This document shows, piece after piece, positions 47,969 to 57,254 of a stretch of 64,000 nucleotides of DNA. This stretch comes from a virus. Taxonomy: Duplodnaviria > Heunggongvirae > Uroviricota > Caudoviricetes. The stretch covers positions 1 through 64,000 of IMG/VR virus record IMGVR_UViG_2675903675_000001; one strand, 5' to 3'. The position numbers were made by a program, and so were the translations under genes. The notes beneath the pieces are model-generated. The model worked only from the letters and a program-made list of their open reading frames with translations, was not told the origin of the DNA and did not search any database. The stretch's first letter is position 1, and each line of letters opens with the position of its first letter.

Positions 47969-49227
47969 TGGCTAATAAACAAGGACGTTTACAGCTAGTT
48001 CAACTTCACGCAGGTCAGATGGAGGTGTTTAAATCACCCCATCGATTTAAGGTGGTTTGTGCTGGTCGTCGTTGGGGGAAATCAAGATTATCGATATCGA
48101 AGACAATCAAGGCGGCTGTCAAAGCGCCTAAGCAGCGTGTTTGGTACATAGCCCCGACCTACCAAATGGCACGACAAATTATGTGGGATGATATTCAAGA
48201 AATTATCCCTCGTAAGTGGATCAGGAAGAAAAATGACACAACGATGACTATCGTTCTCAAGAACGGTAGTGAAGTAGCGTTAAAAGGTGCTGACAAGCCA
48301 GATACCTTGCGTGGTGTTGCGCTTAACTTTGTGGTTCTCGATGAGTTCCAAGACATGAAGGCTGACACCTGGTACAAGGTTATACGTCCAACTCTTTCGA
48401 CAACGAAAGGTGAAGCGTTAATCATCGGTACACCAAAAGGTTACTCGGCATTTCATAAATTGTGGACGATCGGCCAAAACAAATCCATGCAGAAAAAGGG
48501 GCATTGGAAAAGCTGGCAGTTTGTCACTGCTGACTCACCTTTCGTTTCTGAGGCTGAGGTTGCGGCAGCACAAGAGGATATGGACCCGAAATCATTCGCA
48601 CAAGAGTACCTTGCTTCGTTTGAAAACATGTCGGGTCGTGTCTATTATCCGTTTGACAGTAAGATCCATGTTCGGAAATGCGAGTTCAACCCTAAATTAC
48701 CTATTTGGGTAGGTCAGGACTTTAACATTGATCCAATGTCCTCAGTAATACTGCAACCACAACCTAATGGAGAGATTTGGGCTGTTGATGAGATAGTTTT
48801 ATTTTCATCGAATACAGCGGAGGTTTGTGATGAGTTGGAGCGTAAATACTGGCGTTGGAAGAGTCAAATTACCATTTTTCCCGATCCAGCAGGTAGCTAT
48901 CGTCAACATGCTAGAGGCGAGTCGGATATTGATATTTTCAAAGAAAAAGGGTTTACTCGTATCGATTTCCCCAAGAAGCATCCACCGATAGCTGATAGGG
49001 TTAACTCAACAAACAGGATGTTGATGAGTGCGGCGGGAACTGTAAGATTTTTTGTAGATCCGAAATGCAAACATTTAATTGAATCGTTTGAAAAGGTTAT
49101 TTACAAACCGGGTTCGCGAGATGTGGATAAGAAAGCAGGTGTCGAGCACAGTGCGGATGCTGTTGGGTACTCTATCCATCGTAAATTCCCGATCAAAAAG
49201 CGCAAAGTATTGGGTGGGTCTCGATAA
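47968..49227 (+). CDS. terL: terminase large subunit (ATPase + RNaseH-like nuclease)
   Basis: Walker A 'CAGRRWGKS', Walker B 'VVLDEFQD', C-terminal nuclease Asp 'IFPDPAGS'. Confidence 0.85.
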   Translation: MANKQGRLQLVQLHAGQMEVFKSPHRFKVVCAGRRWGKSRLSISKTIKAAVKAPKQRVWYIAPTYQMARQIMWDDIQEIIPRKWIRKKNDTTMTIVLKNGSEVALKGADKPDTLRGVALNFVVLDEFQDMKADTWYKVIRPTLSTTKGEALIIGTPKGYSAFHKLWTIGQNKSMQKKGHWKSWQFVTADSPFVSEAEVAAAQEDMDPKSFAQEYLASFENMSGRVYYPFDSKIHVRKCEFNPKLPIWVGQDFNIDPMSSVILQPQPNGEIWAVDEIVLFSSNTAEVCDELERKYWRWKSQITIFPDPAGSYRQHARGESDIDIFKEKGFTRIDFPKKHPPIADRVNSTNRMLMSAAGTVRFFVDPKCKHLIESFEKVIYKPGSRDVDKKAGVEHSADAVGYSIHRKFPIKKRKVLGGSR

Positions 49228-49268
49228 TATTAATAGGTATTTACCCGCATAACAAAAGGATTTGTTTT

Positions 49269-50828
49269 ATGAGTATCAACAATAACCTCCAGAAAAAATA
49301 TAAAGATTTGGTTTCACGTAGACACCCTGAATATGAGGAAAGGCTTTCTCATTGGAATTTCTTATCCGCGACTTATGCAGGTGGTAGAAAATGGTTCAAA
49401 GAGAATATTTTCCGATACTACAAGGAAGGCGATAAGGATTTCGGAGAGCGACTGGAACGTGCTTACCGCTTCAATCACACTCGAGAGGTCGTTAATTTAA
49501 TTAACAAGTATATCTTTCGTGAAAACATTTCCCGTGAGCGAGAAGATGCGCCAGATTCTATTGTTGGCTTTTGGGATAGAGCGACTAGAGAGCAAGCAGG
49601 GATTGATGAGCTTATGTCATCTATTGATATTCAAACGTCAATTTTTGGGCGTATTTGGGTTGTTGTCGATTCCACAATGAAAGCAAGTGGTGACGTGGCT
49701 TCGGTCGCTGATGAGAAGAAAGCAAACGCCAGACCTTACGCATATTGGATTCCACCACAGCAAATGCTTGATTTCGCTTACGATGATGACGGTGACATGC
49801 TTTGGGCGTTAACGCATGAAGTTGCGAGAGATGATAAAGATCCATTTACTTCAAGCGGCAAACAGGAAAATCGTTATCGTTTATGGACTCAGAATGAGTG
49901 GTATCTTTTCCGTGAAGTGAAGAAAGGTACTGGTAAGTCTGTTGTTATTGAACTTGAAGATCAGGGTTCTCATGGGCTTGATATGGTTCCTGTTTTCCCT
50001 GTTGATTGTATGGGAAATTCACAATCAGTTTATTTTAGCCCTTCACTAATTGATGATATCGCTTACTTAGATCGCGCTGTTGCCAACTACTTATCCAACC
50101 TCGATGCAATCATCCAAGACCAGACTTTTAGCCAATTGGCGATTCCGGTTCAATCAATGATGCCGGGCGATGACGACCATAAAAAAGTTTTGGAGTTTGG
50201 GACGAAGAGAGTGTTTACCTACGACGCGGAAGGCGGAGCACAGCCTTTTTACATGTCGCCAGACCCAAAGCAAGCATCGATGATCATCCAGACGGTTCAA
50301 ACTGTTATTAATGAAATCTATCACTCTGTAGGTGTGGCTGGTGAGCGAACCAAGCAAGATAACGCGAAGGGGATTGACAACAGTTCAGGTGCGGCTAAAG
50401 CGTATGATTTTCAGCGTGTAAACAGTTTGCTTGTCACAAAGGCTGAGCGTTTGCAGCGGGCGGAGCGTCAAATGCTGTTTATTGCCGCTAAATGGATGGG
50501 GCAAGAGACGTCGGAAGAGGATATTGCTAAATATCTTTCATACCCTGAAAGTTTCGACGTTCGTGGTTTGATGGATGAGTTTGAGGTATCTAAACAGCTC
50601 AAAGAAATTGACGCGCCTGACTCAGTTCGTCGTCATCAAATGGATATCCTGATTGATAAAATTTTTCCAAACGTTTCAAAAGATATGAAAAGTGACTTCG
50701 AAATAGATCTGAAAGCTTTTCCACCTAAAAATGATAAATTAATGCTTGATAATAAGTCGGCACTTACTTATGATTCAGGTAATAGAGATCGAGAAACTGA
50801 TCCTGAATCTACTCAAGAAACCGAGTGA
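49269..50828 (+). CDS. portal protein
   Basis: 519 aa immediately after terL; size and position as lambda gpB; acidic C-terminus. Confidence 0.75.
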   Translation: MSINNNLQKKYKDLVSRRHPEYEERLSHWNFLSATYAGGRKWFKENIFRYYKEGDKDFGERLERAYRFNHTREVVNLINKYIFRENISREREDAPDSIVGFWDRATREQAGIDELMSSIDIQTSIFGRIWVVVDSTMKASGDVASVADEKKANARPYAYWIPPQQMLDFAYDDDGDMLWALTHEVARDDKDPFTSSGKQENRYRLWTQNEWYLFREVKKGTGKSVVIELEDQGSHGLDMVPVFPVDCMGNSQSVYFSPSLIDDIAYLDRAVANYLSNLDAIIQDQTFSQLAIPVQSMMPGDDDHKKVLEFGTKRVFTYDAEGGAQPFYMSPDPKQASMIIQTVQTVINEIYHSVGVAGERTKQDNAKGIDNSSGAAKAYDFQRVNSLLVTKAERLQRAERQMLFIAAKWMGQETSEEDIAKYLSYPESFDVRGLMDEFEVSKQLKEIDAPDSVRRHQMDILIDKIFPNVSKDMKSDFEIDLKAFPPKNDKLMLDNKSALTYDSGNRDRETDPESTQETE

Positions 50829-50853
50829 TTTATTTTTACAAGGAATGTAATAC

Positions 50854-51714
50854 ATGAATTTATTTCAAATGCTAATGGCTCGTCGTGGGCTTTTGATGGA
50901 TATCGAGACGGGTGGTAACGGTTCTGGTGGTGCAGGTGACCCACCTCAGCCAGAAAAAAGCCCAGAAGCTCGTAACGACGGTTATTCAAGTCTGTCGCAA
51001 GAAGAAATGCTTGCTCGACTCGTCGCTGCCGATGCGGAAAAAGCAACGCTCATCAAGGAAACGATGAAGCGTAAGGCTGACAACAAAACGTTGACCGAAA
51101 AGTTAACTGCTTTTGGTGACGCGACCCCTGAGCAAATTTCTGAGCTTTTGGAGTCTAAACGTCTTGCGGAAGAAGAAAGCCAGCGACGTGAGCAGGAAGA
51201 GCAAGAGAAGCGCGGTGAGTTTGACGCTGTTAAAAAGCAGATGGTTGAAGCGCACAAGGTTGAAGTTCAGTCTCGTGACGAAAAGCTTCAAGCAGTCGAA
51301 ACGGAAAACCAATCTTTACGCGCTCAAATTCTTGAAATGACTGTAGGCACAGCATTTGGCGGCTCTAACTTCTTACGTGAAGAAACACTGATCACACCTG
51401 CAAAAGCGCGAGTGATTTACGGTGCTCACTTTGAAGTGAATGAAGAAGGTAAGGTTGTTGGGTTCGACAAACCAGCCGGTTCTAAAGATCGTGCTGTCTT
51501 AGTTGACGGCAGCGGTAACGCTTTAGACTTCGAGCAAGCGATTGAGCGGGTTTTAAAGTCTGATCCAGAGGTTGATTCTTTGCTGCGTAGCAAAGCTAAG
51601 CAAGGGGCTGGTTCAAAGTCTGAACCTCAACCTACGCAGCAAGCCAAAGGTCGTGAATTAGACTCGCTAGGAAAAATCAGCGCAGGTTTGTCTAAGTTAC
51701 ACGCCAAGAAGTAG
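50854..51714 (+). CDS. head scaffolding protein
   Basis: 286 aa; central Glu/Gln/Arg-rich coiled-coil; position between portal and capsid. Confidence 0.6.
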   Translation: MNLFQMLMARRGLLMDIETGGNGSGGAGDPPQPEKSPEARNDGYSSLSQEEMLARLVAADAEKATLIKETMKRKADNKTLTEKLTAFGDATPEQISELLESKRLAEEESQRREQEEQEKRGEFDAVKKQMVEAHKVEVQSRDEKLQAVETENQSLRAQILEMTVGTAFGGSNFLREETLITPAKARVIYGAHFEVNEEGKVVGFDKPAGSKDRAVLVDGSGNALDFEQAIERVLKSDPEVDSLLRSKAKQGAGSKSEPQPTQQAKGRELDSLGKISAGLSKLHAKK

Positions 51715-51776
51715 TAAAGCGGAGGCAGGACGCCTCCGTAACAATTAAACAAGTGTGCATATAAAGGGAATTTACG

Positions 51777-52661
51777 ATGCCATTACTGCGTGACGAAGCT
51801 GAAAAGCTATCGAACAACACCTTAGAGCAAGGTGTTATCGAAACCATCATTGACCGCGAAGATTTATTCGCCGTTCTCCCGTTCATGAAAGTGGACTCTA
51901 AAGCTTACCTTTATAACCGTGAAGCTGAGTTGAGCGAAGCTGCGTTTATCGATGTGAATGACGTTGTTCCTGAAGGAGCGGCTAAGTTCACAGAGCATGT
52001 TGCTAAGCTGCGTATCTTGGCAGGTGATGTTGATGTGGATAAATTCCTCGCAACGACCATGGCAGATACCAATAGCCAGTTGGCGATTCAGATCCGCTCT
52101 AAAGTAAAAGGTCTTGCTCGTGCTTTCCGTCGCAACCTGATTTTAGGTGACTCAACCACTAACGCGAAAACGTTTGACGGTATTCCTAAGCTTCTTCACA
52201 AAGACCAGAAAATTATCGCCGATAGTGCAATGACCTTCTCAATGCTGGATGAGTTGGTGGATGCTGTTAAAGATTTAGGCGCTGACGCAATCATGATGCG
52301 TTCTGAGCATATTCGTGCTTACCGCGCATTGCTACGTACTGTCAATGTCGGTCCTACCGAAATCATGATCGAAAACTTCGGTCGCCCAATGCTGACGCAT
52401 AACGGTATTCCATTCATCGTCAATGACTTCATCCCTACTGTTGGTGATACGAAGGCGAAGAAGGCGGATATCTACTGTCTGCATATGAGCGAAGAAAACG
52501 GTCTGACGGGTCTGTATGGCGGCGAAAGCGCAGGTATTGTTGTTGAAGATATTGGCACAGTCCAAAACAAAGATTCAACCCGTACTCGTGTTAAATGGTA
52601 CTGCTCTTTGGCTAACAAGCATGACAAAGCACTAGCCGCTCTAACAGGCGTTGCTATCTAA
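51777..52661 (+). CDS. major capsid protein
   Basis: 294 aa following the scaffold gene; strong RBS 'aagggaatttacgATG'; position and size fit the lambda gpE position. Confidence 0.65.
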   Translation: MPLLRDEAEKLSNNTLEQGVIETIIDREDLFAVLPFMKVDSKAYLYNREAELSEAAFIDVNDVVPEGAAKFTEHVAKLRILAGDVDVDKFLATTMADTNSQLAIQIRSKVKGLARAFRRNLILGDSTTNAKTFDGIPKLLHKDQKIIADSAMTFSMLDELVDAVKDLGADAIMMRSEHIRAYRALLRTVNVGPTEIMIENFGRPMLTHNGIPFIVNDFIPTVGDTKAKKADIYCLHMSEENGLTGLYGGESAGIVVEDIGTVQNKDSTRTRVKWYCSLANKHDKALAALTGVAI

Positions 52662-52729
52662 GTTGGTGTTAAGCAGGACAATTTGGGGTGAGGCGTAAGC
52701 CCACCCCTTTTTATTTTCAGAGAGGTTAT

Positions 52730-52996
52730 ATGAATTTTGGTGAAGCGTTGGAAGCTGCGAAAGTAGGTTGTCGTATAGCGCGATTAGGTTGGAACGGAAA
52801 AAATCAATTTGTAATAAAAGCTGGTGGTTATACGGTTGCCGAAGCCCGTCCGGGTAGTGATTACGCAAAGGCTGGAATTGAGGGTGAGTTTAACATATCA
52901 CCACACCTTGATTTAAAAAATGCTCAAGGAGATATGCAGCCGGGTTGGGTTCCTTCTCAGGGTGATTTGTTTGCTGACGATTGGGTGATTTTATAA
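52730..52996 (+). CDS. DUF2829-like small protein (candidate Tad2-like anti-Thoeris sponge)
   Basis: ATG 52730 with GAGG RBS; N-terminal 'MNFGEALEAAKVGCRIARLGWNGKNQFV' matches, from memory, the DUF2829 signature (M-F-x-EAL-x-x-K-x-G-x-x-V-x-R-x-GWNG). Confidence 0.45.
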   Translation: MNFGEALEAAKVGCRIARLGWNGKNQFVIKAGGYTVAEARPGSDYAKAGIEGEFNISPHLDLKNAQGDMQPGWVPSQGDLFADDWVIL

Positions 52997-53057
52997 TTTC
53001 GCCAAAGTTTAAAACGATGGCTGTCTAGGTGATTTGTTAAAAATTTAGTGAGGTTGT

Positions 53058-53321
53058 ATGGCTAGTAAGAAAGTAAAGATCACTGAAAGCTCGATGCGCG
53101 GTTACACAGGTCATTTATTCATGACCGAATTTGAAGATGGTGTTTCGATTTCACCGCTGCCAAAGCGGAAACTTGAGAAAATTTTATCAACGGTGAGATC
53201 GAGCGTTGTTGAGAAGCCTAAGCCTCCTGTTGTTGAGAAGCCTAAGCCTCCTGTTGTTGAGAAGCCTAAGCCTCCTGTTGTTGAGAAGCCTCCTGTTGTT
53301 GAAGAAGATTTAGAGTCTTAA
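53058..53321 (+). CDS. small head-associated protein with 4x 'VEKPKPPV' repeats
   Basis: 87 aa; 24-bp DNA tandem repeats at 53205-53300; the N-terminal 45 aa are paralogous to the next gene. Confidence 0.55.
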   Translation: MASKKVKITESSMRGYTGHLFMTEFEDGVSISPLPKRKLEKILSTVRSSVVEKPKPPVVEKPKPPVVEKPKPPVVEKPPVVEEDLES

Positions 53322-53373
53322 TAACACTTAAACAGCGGTTGATTAACAGCCGCTTTGTATAGAAAGAGAACCC

Positions 53374-53814
53374 ATGAAACCTGCAAAAATTAAATTACTT
53401 GAATCCGCTTTTGCATCTTACACAGGCTATATGTCTGGTGTTGAATTTAAAAATGGCGAAAGCATCGGTGAAGTGCCTTTTGTCGATCAGCAGCGTATTT
53501 GCTCTATCATGAAAGCACAAACAATTGAAGGTGTTAACGTAAGTGGCGCGTCAGCTTTGGCGATGTCGCGAGAATTAACATCTTTCTCCGCCTTAGAAAA
53601 TGAGAAAAAAGCTGATTTGGTTATCGACTCACCTCGCGGTGAAGATGGTGGCGGTAGCAATGATGAAATTATTCGATTTACTCGCGCTGAATTAGAAGCG
53701 GTCGCTGACGATGGTGGCATTGCTGGTTTACGTGACATCGGTAACAGATTTGATGTCAAAGCTACTTCGATTGAAAAAATGATCGATGCTATTTTGGCGG
53801 TTGCGGGGGAATAA
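53374..53814 (+). CDS. head-associated protein, paralog of the preceding gene (146 aa)
   Basis: N-terminal 'KIKLLESAFASYTGYMSGVEFKNGESIG' aligns with 'KVKITESSMRGYTGHLFMTEFEDGVSIS' of the 53058 protein. Confidence 0.55.
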   Translation: MKPAKIKLLESAFASYTGYMSGVEFKNGESIGEVPFVDQQRICSIMKAQTIEGVNVSGASALAMSRELTSFSALENEKKADLVIDSPRGEDGGGSNDEIIRFTRAELEAVADDGGIAGLRDIGNRFDVKATSIEKMIDAILAVAGE

Positions 53815-54650
53815 TGGCACAACTCAACGTTGTTAAATCAGGAAAGCCGGCAGATATTACCGTTACGTTTGATGCTCTCGATGTTGTGAGCGCCACATAC
53901 TCTGTTTATGACGGCGAAGGTAATGAGTTAGCAAAAGACGTAAAAATTAATATCAAAAGTGGTGATTTGTCGGCGTCGTTTAGTGTCTCTGAGTCGTTAA
54001 ATACTTTGAATGACTCAGACAAAGATATGCGTATAGTTACTGTTAAAACAAAGACAGCAACCGGTATGGTGGCAGAGTTCGATCACTATTATGCCGTTAT
54101 GGCTTCTTTGAATCTGATGGTACCTAAGCAATCATTCATCCCACTGATGAAAGCGAAACTTGCCGCCATGGATATGTATGACGCTGACGATTTTTTGTTA
54201 CTTAGCGATCATACTCAACGTCAGGCTCTTATTGAGGCGACAAGCAAGATAAAGGCAATGAGTTTTAGCTTAAAACGGATCTATAAGATTTCTGATACAG
54301 AATACGATAGACCTCAAAATATATTGACTACCAATACCTTACCGTTCTATTTGGCTGGTGATTTTAGACGTAATATTATTGACTTCACCGAATTAACTGA
54401 TGAGCAGTTCGCTTCTTTGCCTGAATACTTCCTAAATGATTTAGCTCAAGCTTGTATGATTGAGGCTGTTTCGATCATCAAAACAAACGGGGCGGCGGAT
54501 GCTAGAGAGGAAGGGTTGTTATCTGAGTCTATCGGTGAAACAACCAACATGTACAGAACGGGGCGTTCGGCAACACAAGCTCTTTCGCGCAAAACATGGC
54601 GATTGTTGGGTCGGTACATTGATGGAACGATTCGATTAAGTAGAGGTTGA
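53814..54650 (+). CDS. hypothetical head protein (278 aa)
   Basis: Translationally coupled within the head gene block. Confidence 0.5.
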   Translation: MAQLNVVKSGKPADITVTFDALDVVSATYSVYDGEGNELAKDVKINIKSGDLSASFSVSESLNTLNDSDKDMRIVTVKTKTATGMVAEFDHYYAVMASLNLMVPKQSFIPLMKAKLAAMDMYDADDFLLLSDHTQRQALIEATSKIKAMSFSLKRIYKISDTEYDRPQNILTTNTLPFYLAGDFRRNIIDFTELTDEQFASLPEYFLNDLAQACMIEAVSIIKTNGAADAREEGLLSESIGETTNMYRTGRSATQALSRKTWRLLGRYIDGTIRLSRG

Positions 54651-54653
54651 TTT

Positions 54654-55007
54654 ATGAACATTAGTTACCAATCAACCGCAACCGTTTATCGTAAATCTCG
54701 TAAGTTGGATATTTACGGTCAGCCGACTCTTAGCTTTGCTGGAAAATACCCGGTTGGGTTTATTCGGTTTATCAAGGCTTATGATAAAACTTCTGTGCGT
54801 GCTGACAGTTCAGCCTCAAAAGGTAAAGCTGACATTACTCTTTTTGATGCGGCTTTTGTAATGCCTAAATCTTCTCGATTGGAGATTGATGACGTGTTGC
54901 TTGTTGAAGGCGTTAAGCTGGAAGTTAAAAGCATTCATGATCGCTTTGGTTTACGTGGTAAAGAAGGTCATTACGAAGTGGGGGCTAATCTGTGGGTATC
55001 TCAGTAA
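54654..55007 (+). CDS. head-tail joining protein (lambda gpFII-like by size and position)
   Basis: 117 aa, same length as lambda FII; gene order. Confidence 0.45.
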   Translation: MNISYQSTATVYRKSRKLDIYGQPTLSFAGKYPVGFIRFIKAYDKTSVRADSSASKGKADITLFDAAFVMPKSSRLEIDDVLLVEGVKLEVKSIHDRFGLRGKEGHYEVGANLWVSQ

Positions 55008-55489
55008 ACATAGGATCATTTAAACGCGCTCAGGAACGATTGACACACAGCCAAAACGCTTTAAAGCGTAATTTGCTCAATGAGCTTCGGGCAATGGCTA
55101 AAACCATGGAAAGATACGCTCGCGCTATGTCTCCAAGAGAGACAGGGAGTTTGGAAAAGTCTATACATGCTCGTGTCGTCAATTCCAAAAATGAGGTTCA
55201 TGTTGAGCTATCAGTATCGGGAGCCGCACCACGTCAAGGCACAAATAACCGAGGCGGAGCGGTTCGTCGTGCTTTAGTGGGCCGATACGCAGGTTATATG
55301 CACGACAACCAATATCGGCTCGGAGCTATGTCTCGCGAAAAGCAAAGACAAAATTATGCCGCTGGTGTGAAAGTGAAGGTGGGGAAAGGCTTTGTTGAAA
55401 GAGCAGGTAACACGGTGTGGAAGCGATACCGTGACAACTTAAAAGAGGTTGGTGTTAAAGCTGGTTTTGGTAAAGGACGCTGGAAATGA
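54992..55489 (+). CDS. tail-component/head-tail joining protein (gpZ-like by position)
   Basis: 165 aa, overlapping starts and stops within the tail operon. Confidence 0.4.
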   Translation: MGISVNIGSFKRAQERLTHSQNALKRNLLNELRAMAKTMERYARAMSPRETGSLEKSIHARVVNSKNEVHVELSVSGAAPRQGTNNRGGAVRRALVGRYAGYMHDNQYRLGAMSREKQRQNYAAGVKVKVGKGFVERAGNTVWKRYRDNLKEVGVKAGFGKGRWK

Positions 55490-55872
55490 TACTAGAGGCT
55501 TTTGCTCGATATCTAGAAAGTAAAAATTTGGGTGAGGTAGGTGTTGACCTATTTTGTTATTACATGCCACCAAAAGTACCTCGTGGTATTATGGTTATGA
55601 CGCCCAATGATGGTATTTTGATAGATCCTGAGTTAAAAGGTTATTATCAAGATATTTTCCCTGTAATGATTAGAGCGGAGAATATAAATTTACTCAACAA
55701 CCTTAGCGAAAGAGTATTAAAAGAGATGGATGCTAGAGATTTCGAGGTTGATGGTGTATATTTTAACTTTATTCGAGCAGCTACCTTTCCTTCGATTTAC
55801 CCCCAAAATAACGGTGGTTCGTTTGAGGCAGGTTTTGTTGTTGAGTTTAGTTGTTATTTTTCAAGTGAGTAA
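55486..55872 (+). CDS. tail terminator protein (gpU-like by size and position)
   Basis: 128 aa, immediately upstream of the major tail protein. Confidence 0.45.
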   Translation: MILEAFARYLESKNLGEVGVDLFCYYMPPKVPRGIMVMTPNDGILIDPELKGYYQDIFPVMIRAENINLLNNLSERVLKEMDARDFEVDGVYFNFIRAATFPSIYPQNNGGSFEAGFVVEFSCYFSSE

Positions 55873-55933
55873 GTGATTACTTTCTTGCAGTAATAACTGT
55901 AAAATTTATTTTTTTATAGGTAAAGGAATACTT

Positions 55934-56425
55934 ATGGCTGGCAATAAAGTAGAAAACATTAAATTAGGCGCTTGTAACGTTTCGTTCAAAGGTGAAGATT
56001 TAGGCTTTACCAAAGGCGGTGTTGAGGTGGAAATTTCAACCGACACATTAAAAGTTAACGTCGATCAGATGGGTGAAACTGTTGTTTCAGAGTTTATCCA
56101 AGGTCGAAACATCAAAGTAACGGTTCCTTTGGCAGAAACGGTTCTTGAGCGATTAGCCGCCATCATGCCGGGCAGTACGCTATCAGCAGAAAAAGATGTT
56201 ATTAGCATTATGACAGGTATCGGGGTTAACTTGGTTGAAGTGGCACAGGAGCTGGTTTTAACACCGACAAACAAGGACGACTACATTCTAACATTGCCAA
56301 AAACAGCAACCGCCGGTAGCTTCAATATGGCATATAAGCATGATGACGTTCGCGTCTACAGCATTGAGTTTACTGCTTATCCTGATGAAAAAGGTGTATT
56401 GGGAAAACTAGGAAAAAAAAAGTAG
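55934..56425 (+). CDS. major tail tube protein
   Basis: 163 aa with strong RBS 'aaggaatacttATG', between the terminator protein and the G/GT chaperones. Confidence 0.6.
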   Translation: MAGNKVENIKLGACNVSFKGEDLGFTKGGVEVEISTDTLKVNVDQMGETVVSEFIQGRNIKVTVPLAETVLERLAAIMPGSTLSAEKDVISIMTGIGVNLVEVAQELVLTPTNKDDYILTLPKTATAGSFNMAYKHDDVRVYSIEFTAYPDEKGVLGKLGKKK

Positions 56426-56592
56426 ACAAATTACAGCCGCCCCAAGAGTTTCCACCAATAACTGAAACGGAAACTGACGCCGTTACACCATCCACTGGAA
56501 AGGGCGGAAATAAAGCTAGTAAGTAATCAAGTACCTATTATAATATAAGGCTTCAATTAAGAAGCCTTTTTTATTTACATGGAGTTTACCCA

Positions 56593-56910
56593 ATGGCTAA
56601 GTTACTAGATTTAGATGCTATCGCACCGACAAAAAAAGAAATTTCTCTGCGTGGAAAAATTCATGCGCTTTTGCCTGTCACCGTGGGCTTATTCGCCATG
56701 GCACAAAAATTCCAAGCGCAAGGTGTGGAAACCATGTCGGTGACTGAACAGTTGAAGGCTGGTGTTGATCTGGTTGGTGCATTAATTCCCACAATGAAAA
56801 AAAATGACATTGAGTCACTGACACCAGATCAGATTCAGCAGATTGTCATGTTCGCCTTTAAAGAGGGTGAAGAAATTAATGAAAAACACGCAGGTGAAGA
56901 TGCAAAGTAA
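56593..56910 (+). CDS. tail assembly chaperone G
   Basis: 105 aa, acidic, immediately upstream of the tape measure with an overlapping -1 frame ORF. Confidence 0.6.
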   Translation: MAKLLDLDAIAPTKKEISLRGKIHALLPVTVGLFAMAQKFQAQGVETMSVTEQLKAGVDLVGALIPTMKKNDIESLTPDQIQQIVMFAFKEGEEINEKHAGEDAK

Positions 56911-57254
56911 CAACCCGTGATGAAAAGGGAGTCGAGGTTGTTACAATCGACTTCGGTTTCTATTTTTGCCGTGTTGTTTCCTTTTACGGTGACCCATCAG
57001 ATTCAGTAATTAATATGCCTCTTGAGCGATTTTGGCTGCTTAGCAGAAACATAGACCGCATAAAGGCAGAAGACGATATTCGCCGTTTGCAGATTGCAAG
57101 AGTTGGTCAAGCGACGGCGGAAAGTTACGGGGCATTTGAGAAAAGTTTACAACAGCGATTGGGGCAACCTATAGTTACAAAAGAAGTTCGTTCACCTATC
57201 AATGTCGAAGCCGATCCAGATGCCAGAATGAAGTTAGAAAGAATATTCGGTTGA
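56593..57254 (+). CDS. tail assembly chaperone GT (predicted -1 frameshift product; slip at CAAAG 56902-56907)
   Basis: Frame 0 is open from 56898 to 57254 with no internal ATG before 57015; G ends 'gca aag taa', so a -1 slip of tRNA-Lys from AAG to AAA next to the stop would fuse the frames, as in lambda G/GT (GGGAAAG). Confidence 0.45.
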
